A stretch of 24,000 nt of DNA from assembly GCF_004514475.2 (NCBI RefSeq), contig NZ_MYFO02000011.1, forward strand, positions 47,212-71,211. Reading direction: 5' to 3'. Position numbers and translations under genes: made by a program. The stretch comes from Paenibacillus athensensis. Its GTDB lineage: Bacteria; Bacillota; Bacilli; Paenibacillales; NBRC-103111. The notes under the pieces were generated by a model. It did not search any database. It worked only from the letters and a program-made list of their open reading frames with translations, and was not told where the DNA came from. Below, piece by piece: positions 1 to 7,314 of the stretch; the stretch's first letter is position 1, and every line of letters begins with the position of its first letter.

Positions 1-537
1 TTTAGGACCGCGAATTTTCATTACGGCCTGATTGAGCGTCAGTCCGTCCAGCTTCTCGCCGTTGACGGAGAGGATGACGTCGTTCGCCTGCAAGCCCGCT
101 TTCTCGGCCGGCGAGCCTTTAATCGGGGACACAATGACGAACTTGCCGTCATTCATGGAGATTTCCGCGCCAATCCCTTGGAAGGAAGACGAAATGCTCT
201 CGTCGAACTGCTGTGCTTCCTTCTGGTCCATGTAAGCCGTAAACGGGTCCTCCAGCGCTTCAATCATGCCGTTGATGGCACCGTTAACCAGCTTGTCATG
301 ATCCACATCGTTCAAATACTTGCTTTCAATCAGCTGGTACGTCGTTGAAATTTTGCTCAAATCCTTGCTAGTCAACCCGCTGGCGGCCGTGGCCGCCGAG
401 GCGGCGGCTGCGCTGCCGGACGCCCTTTGTTTGCCGAAGCTCCAATTACCGGAATCGACAAACGTCAGCGTGACGATGCTGCTTGCGAACATCGCCAGCA
501 AAACAAAAGCGAACACGGTACGTCCCTTAAACTGCAT
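1..537 (-). CDS. ctpB: S41 family C-terminal processing peptidase (CtpB-like); the first 179 codons only, as the 3' end runs off the window
   Basis: Absent from the ORF track because it is open at the window edge. Minus-strand translation from the ATG at 537 reads MQFKGRTVFAFVLLAMFASSIVTLTF...SFQGIGAEISMNDGKFVIVSPIKGSPAEKAGLQANDVILSVNGEKLDGLTLNQAVMKIRGPK. That is a signal/TM anchor followed by the PDZ region typical of CtpA/CtpB proteases. The RBS AAGGTGGTGA ends 8 nt before the ATG. Its position after ftsEX matches B. subtilis ctpB. Confidence 0.85.
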   Translation of the reverse strand, partial: MQFKGRTVFAFVLLAMFASSIVTLTFVDSGNWSFGKQRASGSAAAASAATAASGLTSKDLSKISTTYQLIESKYLNDVDHDKLVNGAINGMIEALEDPFTAYMDQKEAQQFDESISSSFQGIGAEISMNDGKFVIVSPIKGSPAEKAGLQANDVILSVNGEKLDGLTLNQAVMKIRGPK

Positions 538-626
538 CGCGCGATTCACCACCTTGTCTCTTTAACCCAATTCGTTGCGCTTGCTTATTATATGACAAGC
601 CTTCTGCATTTTATAACCAGATGCCT

Positions 627-1835
627 TTAGCGCAAATACGGCTTCGGATCCACCGGAACCTGATCGCGGCGAACCTCGAAGTGCAAATGGTTGCCGGTCG
701 ATTGGCCGGTTGAGCCGACCTCGGCGATTTTTTGCCCGCGCTTGACGGTATCGCCCTTCTTCACGACAATCCCGTCGTTGCGGATGTGCCCGTATAAGGT
801 CCACAAGCCGCTTCCGTGGTCGATAATGACCGTATTGCCGTAGCCATTGGACCATGAGGCGTAGATGACGACACCGTTCTCGGCCGCGCGAATTTCCGTA
901 CCCTTGGGCGCGCCCAGATCAATGCCCTTGTGATTTTCCTGCTTGCCGGTAACCGGATTGATCCGGCTGACGAAGTCGGAGGTCAGCGGCGCTTGCACCG
1001 CCAGCGGATAACCAAGCTTGCCGCCCGCATACGAGAACGGCGACTTGGCGTTCGCTTTGGAGGCCGCCGCTTGTGCCGCGCGCTTTTTCGCCTGCAAATC
1101 GGCTTCCTGCGCAGCAATCTGGATCAGCACCTTTTCGTTCTCCTCGGTGATGTTCTCCAACTCTTTTTCCTTCTTCGACAAGCTGGCGATCTTGACTTCC
1201 TTTTCCTTTTCCTTTGCCTGCAGATCCTGCCGGACGACATCGGCTGCGGCATACAGCTGCTTCACCTGCTCCAGCTGGGCTTCCGTTTCCTGTTTTTTCT
1301 GCTCAATTGTATCCCGGTCCCGCTTGTTGTCGGCCAGAATGTCCTTGTCCTGCGATACAATCGTCCGCAGCGCCTCAAAGCGCGACAGGAAGTCGGAAAA
1401 GCTCGTCGAGCTGAGCAGCACGTCGAGATAAGACACCGAGCCGTTCATATACATCAAACGCACGCGCGATCTCAGCATCTGGTCGCGGCTTTCCACACGA
1501 ACCTCAGCAGCGTCCAGCTCCTTGCCGTTCTGCTCCAGCTCAGTGCTGACGGTATCGATCTGCTCGTTCAAATCGGACAGCTTTTTACCCGCTTCCTCCA
1601 GCTGGCCCATGATGGCATTCATGTCCTGCGTCGTTTGCTCTTTTTCGTCATGTACCTTGTCGATCTGATTTTGCGCCGCGGCGGCGCTGCGTTCGGCATC
1701 GGCCTTTTTCTTCTTCAGCTGCGAAAGCTGCTGGTCAATTTTTTCCGTAGCCGTTGCGGCATGACTCACATAAGGAACCACAAGCAGTCCCGCCACCCCA
1801 ATCGTCATCAACACACTCAACAGTCGCTTCTTCAA
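627..1835 (-). CDS. Secreted or membrane-anchored coiled-coil M23 metallopeptidase (EnvC/PcsB-like architecture with an intact catalytic domain)
   Basis: ORF 627..1859. It has an N-terminal hydrophobic anchor (LKKRLLSVLMTIGVAGLLVVPYVSHA) and about 230 aa of Q/K/E-rich coiled coil. The C-terminal M23 domain keeps its metal ligands (HKGID = HxxxD; HLHFE = HxH). The likely start is TTG at 1835, 8 nt after GGGGAGG (1850-1844). The track start at 1859 (GTG) has no RBS. Confidence 0.85.
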   Translation of the reverse strand: MKKRLLSVLMTIGVAGLLVVPYVSHAATATEKIDQQLSQLKKKKADAERSAAAAQNQIDKVHDEKEQTTQDMNAIMGQLEEAGKKLSDLNEQIDTVSTELEQNGKELDAAEVRVESRDQMLRSRVRLMYMNGSVSYLDVLLSSTSFSDFLSRFEALRTIVSQDKDILADNKRDRDTIEQKKQETEAQLEQVKQLYAAADVVRQDLQAKEKEKEVKIASLSKKEKELENITEENEKVLIQIAAQEADLQAKKRAAQAAASKANAKSPFSYAGGKLGYPLAVQAPLTSDFVSRINPVTGKQENHKGIDLGAPKGTEIRAAENGVVIYASWSNGYGNTVIIDHGSGLWTLYGHIRNDGIVVKKGDTVKRGQKIAEVGSTGQSTGNHLHFEVRRDQVPVDPKPYLR

Positions 1836-1916
1836 GCACGTAGCCTCCCCATTTTCCACACAACGCCCGGCTGGTTGATCCTGATAACTGGCAGCTTCCA
1901 GCGGCCCGGCGTCGCA

Positions 1917-2837
1917 TTAAACTCGCAAAAATTTACGGACGGACAACAAGCTTCCCCACACGCCGATAAACATCCCGATGCACAAAAGCAGCACCGACAG
2001 CGTCATGCCGATTTCCCCAAACGGCTTGAGCTGAATCATAAACAGGCTCAGCGTATCGGCATCCGCGACCTGCAGCAAATTCCAGTAACCAATCAGCAGC
2101 AGCGCAATCGGAATGACCGAGCCGACCAGTCCAAGCAACGCGCCTTCAATAAAAAACGGCCAGCGAATAAACGAATTCGTCGCTCCGACCAGCTTCATGA
2201 TCGAGATTTCCTTACGCCGGGCCAGAATTGTAATTTTGATCGTATTGGCAATCAGGAACACCGCGCTCAGCGACAGCAGCAGGACGATGCCAAAGCCGCC
2301 CCAGCGGATGATATCCATGATTTTAAACATTTTCTTGATCGTATCCTTGCCGTAATCGATTTTGTCGATCGGCTTGGGGTCCTTGCCCAAATTCAAAGCG
2401 CTGATTTTGTCAGCCACCACGCTGACGCTGCGCGGGTCCTTCGCTTCCACTGTAAAGGCGTCGCCCAGCGGGTTGTCTTCGCCGTCCAGCCCCTCCAGCA
2501 AATCCTTGTTGTTCTCGCCCAACTGCTGACGCAAGAACACAAGACCTTCCTCCTTCGAGACAAAGGTGACGCTCTTAACCTCGGGAATCGCCTTCATATC
2601 GGCTTCCAGCGAGTCCACCTGCTCCTGCGGCACGCCAACCTCCAGATACACCTTCACTTCAACCCGGTTTTCCACCTGATCGGCCAAATAATTGGCATTT
2701 AATGTAAGCAAGACGAAAACGCCGAGAATAAACAACGAAATCGCAATCGAGCTGATCGATGCGAAGGTCATCCAGCCGTTGCGGATGATGTTGCGGACGC
2801 CTTCTCGCAGGTGGCGGGACACGGTATTAATCTTCAT
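1917..2837 (-). CDS. ftsX: Cell division ABC transporter permease FtsX
   Basis: ORF 1917..2870. The sequence MKINTVSRHLREGVRNIIRNGWMTFASI..., four TM segments and a large extracellular loop are typical of FtsX. The preferred start is ATG 2837, preceded by a GGGGGG RBS. It overlaps the ftsE stop by 11 nt, which suggests translational coupling. Confidence 0.9.
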   Translation of the reverse strand: MKINTVSRHLREGVRNIIRNGWMTFASISSIAISLFILGVFVLLTLNANYLADQVENRVEVKVYLEVGVPQEQVDSLEADMKAIPEVKSVTFVSKEEGLVFLRQQLGENNKDLLEGLDGEDNPLGDAFTVEAKDPRSVSVVADKISALNLGKDPKPIDKIDYGKDTIKKMFKIMDIIRWGGFGIVLLLSLSAVFLIANTIKITILARRKEISIMKLVGATNSFIRWPFFIEGALLGLVGSVIPIALLLIGYWNLLQVADADTLSLFMIQLKPFGEIGMTLSVLLLCIGMFIGVWGSLLSVRKFLRV

Positions 2838-3513
2838 AGCCGTATTCCCCCCGCAGCTCGTCGCGCACAATGGTGCCGCGTTCGATGGCGATGACTCGTT
2901 TGCGCATCGTGTTGACGATTTCTTTGTTATGCGTAGCCATTACGATTGTTGTGCCGCGAAAGTTAATTTCCTCCATCAGCTTCATAATGCCCCACGATGT
3001 TTCCGGGTCCAGGTTACCCGTCGGCTCGTCGGCGATGATGACAGCCGGGTTGTTGACTATTGCCCGGGCAATAGCGACGCGCTGCTGCTCGCCGCCCGAG
3101 AGCTGCGAAGGAAGCGACAAGGCTTTGTCCTTCAAGCGGACAAGCTCCAGAACTTCCATCGTGCGCTTTTTGATATGCTTCTTGGGCGCTTCGATCACTT
3201 CCATAGCAAAAGCTACATTTTCATATATGGTCAACTTGGGGAGCAAACGGTAGTCCTGAAAAATCACCCCGATATTCCGGCGAACATAAGGAATTTTACG
3301 CTGCTTGAGCTTCTCCAGATTAAAGCCGTTGACGAATATTTGACCCTTGGTCGGTTTCTCTTCTCTATACATTAACTTCATAAAGGTAGATTTACCCGCC
3401 CCGGACGGTCCGACGACGTATACGAACTCGTTGCGGTCCACTTTTATATCAATACCTCGCAATGCATGCGTACCGTTGGAGTATGTTTTCCATACGTCCT
3501 GCATTTCGATCAC
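2827..3513 (-). CDS. ftsE: Cell division ATP-binding protein FtsE
   Basis: ORF 2827..3654 contains Walker A (GPSGAGKST), the ABC signature (LSGGEQQRV) and Walker B (VIIADEP). The N-terminus (V)IEMQDVWKTYSNG aligns with the FtsE start MIEM.... GTG at 3513 gives 228 aa, the length of B. subtilis FtsE. The 47 upstream in-frame codons in the track have no RBS support. Confidence 0.92.
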   Translation of the reverse strand: MIEMQDVWKTYSNGTHALRGIDIKVDRNEFVYVVGPSGAGKSTFMKLMYREEKPTKGQIFVNGFNLEKLKQRKIPYVRRNIGVIFQDYRLLPKLTIYENVAFAMEVIEAPKKHIKKRTMEVLELVRLKDKALSLPSQLSGGEQQRVAIARAIVNNPAVIIADEPTGNLDPETSWGIMKLMEEINFRGTTIVMATHNKEIVNTMRKRVIAIERGTIVRDELRGEYGYED

Positions 3514-3607
3514 AGAATCACATCCCTTTCGCACATAGCCTTTATCCATTCGACATAAAAGCCGAAAATCCTCTGCCGTCATCCGAAATTTCGTCTCTAT
3601 CGGCTCA

Positions 3608-3616
3608 ATTATATCA
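3608..3616 (-). promoter_or_regulatory. Candidate extended -10 promoter element for ftsEX
   Basis: The minus strand reads TGATATAAT (TGnTATAAT) about 95 nt upstream of the ftsE GTG. The -35 region is poor (TTCTAT at 17 nt spacing). Confidence 0.35.
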
Positions 3617-3833
3617 TTTTTTTTGCAAGAATAGAAAAGCTGAACTTCTGCCAAAAGCCGGCCAGCGCGCTTCGTCCCCTGCCGCGCAGCCGTTGTCCGC
3701 GGCAGCCGGTAAATATGTCCGTCCCCGTCCGTCAGGGCCAGTACTATTTGCGCCGCTCCGGCGATACATATAAATAGATCAGGCTGAACGCCTGTCTGCT
3801 CTTATCGATTTGAATGCAAAGGAGCCGCTGGTC

Positions 3834-5297
3834 ATGCCCCACTTTCGATTGTCCGATCGCTCTGTCTCCAAGTATAAAATCGCTGCGGCTCTGGCGCTGA
3901 TGCTAGCGCTGGGCAGCGGCGGCACACTCTATATTTACGGAACGGGAAGCAAGCTGCCTGCGCGCCTGCAGGTCGCCGACTGGCAAGCCGGCGGGTTGAC
4001 CTATGCGCAATTCCAAGCCCGGCTGGACGAGCAAATCAAGCTGTACAGCAGCATGAAGGTACGTCTGGCGTCACCGGACCCGCATGTGCCTGGCAAGGAG
4101 CTTTCGCTGGCCGAGCTCGGCTTGACCGTGCAGCGCGCAGAAGCCGATCAAGCGATCCAGACGCTGTTCCGCGCCCCGCTCAAGGATCGCATTGCCGCAA
4201 GGTGGACGCTTCGCCAAGCCCGGCTGCCGCTTCGTCTGTCTATCGACGCCGCCGCCCTGCAAGCCAAGCTGCCCCAGGTCTGGAAGGAGCTGTACGCGCA
4301 GCAGCCGGTTCCCGCGCAGCGAACCTTCGGAGCCGATGATTCCATTCATTATGTACCTGAGCAGCAGGTGCTGCGCATAGACGCCGCTGCGCTGCTCAAG
4401 GCGATTGAGGAGCAGCTGCCTGCTTTTAGCGGACAGTTGACCGGGGAACAAGCGTTGACCCTGACACTGCCGCTGGTCGCACAAAAACCCGCCGTTACCG
4501 TCGCCACCTTGCAGCAGCAGGGCATTGAACGTAAAATCTCTGAATTTACAACAACCTTCCCCGTATCCGGTCAAGGACGTATTCACAATATCCGCTCCAC
4601 GGCGGCCTCGATTCAGGACCTGCTGCTCGCTCCCGGAGAGACGTTCGATTACAGTAAAATCATCGCGCAAACCGAAACCCGATTCGGCTTTCAGGAAGCG
4701 CCGGTTATTTTGAACGGCAAGCTGGTGCCGGGAATCGGCGGCGGTATTTGCCAGGTATCTTCGACTTTGTATAACGCTGTGCTGCGCACGGGGCTGGAAA
4801 TCGTCGAGCGCCGCAATCATTCGCTGCCCGTCAGCTATGTGCCGCTGGGCCAGGATGCCACCTTTTCGACCGGCTATATCAATTTCAAATTCCGCAATAC
4901 GAGCGGCGCTTACCTGCTGATTCGCACGGTCACGACCGACCGCAATGTGACGGTCAAGCTGTTCGGCCGCATGCCGGCCGGTTTGAGCTACGATATCGAA
5001 TCGCATACCGTGGAGACCCTTGCTCCAACGGTGAAATATGTCCACAACCCTGCGCTGCGCCGCGGCGCCAGCGTCAAATTGAGCAGCGGCAAGCCCGGCT
5101 ATGTGGTCGAAACCTATCGAATCGTCAAAATGAACGGCATCGTTACCGGACGCGAGCTGATTTCCAAGGACCGCTACAGCGCCACGCCGTCGCTTATCGC
5201 CGTGAATCAGGGCCAGCCCGTTCCGGACAACGGCAGCGAACCCGGACCCGGGAAGCCGATTGTCGAAGACGGTCTCAAGGGGCCGGTGTTCCAGTAA
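3834..5297 (+). CDS. VanW/YoaR-family protein: N-terminal TM anchor, VanW domain and a C-terminal G5-like domain
   Basis: ORF 3810..5297. The preferred start is ATG 3834, 9 nt after AAGGAG. There is a TM helix (KIAAALALMLALGSGGTLYIY). The VanW core includes FDYSKIIAQTE..GFQEAPVI.NGKLVPGIGGGICQVSSTLYNAVLRTGLEIVERRNHS. The C-terminal segment GKPGYVVETYRIVKMNGIVTGRELISKDRYSATPSLIAVN resembles a G5 domain. Confidence 0.85.
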   Translation: MPHFRLSDRSVSKYKIAAALALMLALGSGGTLYIYGTGSKLPARLQVADWQAGGLTYAQFQARLDEQIKLYSSMKVRLASPDPHVPGKELSLAELGLTVQRAEADQAIQTLFRAPLKDRIAARWTLRQARLPLRLSIDAAALQAKLPQVWKELYAQQPVPAQRTFGADDSIHYVPEQQVLRIDAAALLKAIEEQLPAFSGQLTGEQALTLTLPLVAQKPAVTVATLQQQGIERKISEFTTTFPVSGQGRIHNIRSTAASIQDLLLAPGETFDYSKIIAQTETRFGFQEAPVILNGKLVPGIGGGICQVSSTLYNAVLRTGLEIVERRNHSLPVSYVPLGQDATFSTGYINFKFRNTSGAYLLIRTVTTDRNVTVKLFGRMPAGLSYDIESHTVETLAPTVKYVHNPALRRGASVKLSSGKPGYVVETYRIVKMNGIVTGRELISKDRYSATPSLIAVNQGQPVPDNGSEPGPGKPIVEDGLKGPVFQ

Positions 5298-5357
5298 ACG
5301 CCTCTGTGAACGCCGCCGCGCGCTAAAATGACACTCTACAACTGCATATGCAAGCTT

Positions 5358-5397
5358 ATGACAGGTCATATGACTCTAGATACTAGGTCACTATGAC
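5358..5397 (+). promoter_or_regulatory. Operator-like ATGAC/GTCA half-site repeats upstream of the DUF1700 gene
   Basis: The first unit is ATGAC-AG-GTCAT (5358-5369). It is followed directly by ATGAC-N12-GTCAC (5370-5391), whose spacer holds the nested inverted repeat CTAG-ATA-CTAG. A further ATGAC lies at 5393-5397. The repeats sit 60-100 nt upstream of ATG 5458. Confidence 0.35.
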
Positions 5398-5457
5398 TTT
5401 TTTCATTTATTCTAAGAACATGGAAGTCGAACACACGCCTTAAAGGAGGCACCGACC

Positions 5458-6255
5458 ATGAGCAAAGCTGATTATTTCAAAGAGCTGGCCTACCGGCTTC
5501 GCGGACTCCCCGAGCGGGAGCGTAATAATATAATTTCCGTCTACGAGGAGCTGTTCCAAAAAGCGATGGAGAACGGCAAGCAGGAGGAAGAGGTTGCCCG
5601 ATCGCTCGGCTATCCGCGCGTCCCCAATTGGGATAACGTGCGGGAACGCAGCGGCTACGACGAGCCGGCCCAGCCGGAGGATTCGCTGGCCCGGGAGTAC
5701 GCGCCGGTTCCCGGCTATGCACCCGCTCCCGATTATGAGCCCCTGCAGCCGCCGCCGGTGAGCGGCCATGCCCGGCCAGAAGCAGGCCCCCCTAACAAGG
5801 CGGCAGGCGCAAGCGCATATGAGCAAGCCACCTACACGGCCGGGCAAACGCCGCCCTATTATCCGCAGCGGCCGCAGCACCACGGCTACCCGCCGCCGCC
5901 GTACGATTATCCGTATCCCGCCAAACGCGAATCGGGCGGCAAGGCGATTATCGTGAGTATTGCCCTCGGCTTTTTTAACCTGCTGTTTGTCGTTGGGCCG
6001 TTCTTCGGTCTCGTCGGGGCGCTGCTCGGCCTGTTCGTCGGCGGCGTAGCGATGCTGCTAGCTCCTCTGGCGGCGGTAGCTGCAGGCTGGTGGATGAATC
6101 CGGCCGACGATCTGCGGCTGCTTTTCTTCTCGATGCTGGCTTGCTTCGGCCTCGGCATCCTGCTGACGTCGTTCTCTGTGTGGCTGATCAAAGGCTTCGG
6201 CAAATTGACCTGGAAATATGTGCAATTTAACGTGAAATTGATTCGGGGGGTGTGA
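5458..6255 (+). CDS. DUF1700 (HAAS-type) membrane protein with a Pro/Tyr-rich linker
   Basis: The RBS AAAGGAGG lies 8 nt upstream. The N-terminus MSKADYFKELAYRLRGLPERERNNIISVYEELFQKAMENGKQEEEVARSLGYP is the characteristic DUF1700 helical module. A low-complexity P/Y/A/Q linker of about 110 aa follows, then C-terminal TM helices (IIVSIALGFFNLLFVVGPFFGLVGALLGLFVGGVAMLLAPLAAVAAGWW...). Confidence 0.8.
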   Translation: MSKADYFKELAYRLRGLPERERNNIISVYEELFQKAMENGKQEEEVARSLGYPRVPNWDNVRERSGYDEPAQPEDSLAREYAPVPGYAPAPDYEPLQPPPVSGHARPEAGPPNKAAGASAYEQATYTAGQTPPYYPQRPQHHGYPPPPYDYPYPAKRESGGKAIIVSIALGFFNLLFVVGPFFGLVGALLGLFVGGVAMLLAPLAAVAAGWWMNPADDLRLLFFSMLACFGLGILLTSFSVWLIKGFGKLTWKYVQFNVKLIRGV

Positions 6256-6258
6256 TCG

Positions 6259-7134
6259 ATGAAGCTGACCATGAAATTCATATTGCTGCTGGGCGTCGCT
6301 TGTCTGGTCGTCGGGCTGATCGGCACGGCCGCCACGCTGAAGGATGTGGATTGGAACACCGCCGGCGTCGACATCGATCTGGAGAAAAAGCTGCCCGCTG
6401 CCGATATCCGGCGCTTCTCGATTGAAGCGGACACCACCCCGATTACGTTCCTGCCCAGCTCGACGGACGAGATTGTGATTCATTTGAAGGGCACGGTCTC
6501 CGAGCAGCAAGCGGAGTATGTAAACATCGACACGGACGGTAGCGGCGCTCAGGATGTGAAGGCTGTCATTCGCACGGATAAAAAATTCCATATCGGCATC
6601 AGCGTCGCCGATATCAAAAGCTGGATGAGCGATTACCGGCTGCGCGCTGAGGTCGAGCTGCCCGGCAAGCTGTACGACGAGCTGCGCGTCAAAACGGATA
6701 TCGGCTCCATTGAGCTGAACGACGTGAAGGCGCAGACGCTGATCGGTCAAACGAACACCGGCCGGATTCACGTCGGCCGCTTTGAGGGCCAATCGCTCCA
6801 GCTGCAGACGGACACAGGCGGCATTGAGGTGGAAGAAGCTACAGGCGACGTGCGCCTGCAAACCGACACCGGCTCGATCCGTGCCGGATTGCGCGACCCC
6901 GGCAAGACCATTAGCGCCAGCAGCGATATCGGCAGCATCGGGTTGCGTCTCCTGTCGCCGCTGGACTCGGCCAGCTTCGATTTGACGAGCGACATCGGCG
7001 GCATCGATTTCTCCGTACCGGGGGCAGCCGTAGACGAACGCGAACGCCATCGTCTGCACGGCACGCTCGGCGACGGCAGCGGCACGCATATCCGCGTGCA
7101 GACGGATACGGGGCATATTGAAGTGACGAAATAA
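6259..7134 (+). CDS. DUF4097 (Toastrack / putative adhesin) domain protein with an N-terminal TM anchor
   Basis: It starts 4 nt after the DUF1700 stop. There is an N-terminal TM segment (FILLLGVACLVVGLIGTAA). Beta-helix rungs recur with T/SD(T/I)G(S/G)I motifs (KTDIGSIEL, QTNTGRIHV, QTDTGGIEV, QTDTGSIRA, SSDIGSIGL, TSDIGGIDF, QTDTGHIEV). Confidence 0.8.
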   Translation: MKLTMKFILLLGVACLVVGLIGTAATLKDVDWNTAGVDIDLEKKLPAADIRRFSIEADTTPITFLPSSTDEIVIHLKGTVSEQQAEYVNIDTDGSGAQDVKAVIRTDKKFHIGISVADIKSWMSDYRLRAEVELPGKLYDELRVKTDIGSIELNDVKAQTLIGQTNTGRIHVGRFEGQSLQLQTDTGGIEVEEATGDVRLQTDTGSIRAGLRDPGKTISASSDIGSIGLRLLSPLDSASFDLTSDIGGIDFSVPGAAVDERERHRLHGTLGDGSGTHIRVQTDTGHIEVTK

Positions 7135-7146
7135 ACCGGCGAACCA

Positions 7147-7192
7147 AACAGGGCTGTCTCGCGAGGTAATATCCTCATGAGACAGCCCTGTT
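7147..7192. terminator. Long perfect hairpin between the convergent DUF4097 and argH genes (probable bidirectional terminator)
   Basis: AACAGGGCTGTCTC (7147-7160) pairs perfectly with GAGACAGCCCTGTT (7179-7192). The 18-nt loop can itself pair (GAGG/CCTC). The flanking U-tracts are weak on both strands. Confidence 0.55.
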
Positions 7193-7314
7193 CCTTAATA
7201 AATGTCGCAAACCAAACGCACGTCCGTTCACAGCAAGCGCCGCGCCGGCGGCCGAATGCTTTTTGCAGCGAACATGGATCAGAGGCTGACCGTCATCGGA
7301 CGGCTCCGCTCTCC

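Noticed and set aside
538-626. A sporulation-type (sigma-E/sigma-G) promoter for the ctpB-like gene. The minus strand has GTCATATAATA about 45 nt upstream of the ATG.
   Set aside because: CATATAAT only partly resembles the sigma-E -10 (CATACAnT), and it equally resembles a sigma-A TATAAT. No convincing -35 element is present for any of these sigma factors.
3514-3654. N-terminal extensions of ORFs in the track: ftsE to 3654, ftsX to 2870, secA to 21778, argD to 12565, argC to 16186 and vanW from 3810.
   Set aside because: In each case an internal start with a good Shine-Dalgarno sequence gives the N-terminus conserved across the family. The extension has no RBS and no similarity to the family.
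3679-3705. A GC-rich inverted repeat, CTGCCGCG-N11-CGCGGCAG, in the ftsE/vanW divergent region. There is also a TCCGTTCA-containing GC-rich stretch at 7211-7255 that vaguely resembles the prfB repeat unit.
   Set aside because: The arms are short, neither strand has a U-tract, and the similarity to the repeat family is limited to an 8-mer plus general GC-richness. It cannot be told apart from chance without a genome-wide model.
5359-5368. The 10-mer TGACAGGTCA is shared between the DUF1700 upstream region (5359-5368, plus strand) and the csp promoter (22963-22972, minus strand, overlapping the TTGACA -35).
   Set aside because: Hundreds of chance 10-mer matches are expected among all position pairs in a 24-kb window counting both strands. 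At the csp site the match is explained by the -35 hexamer.
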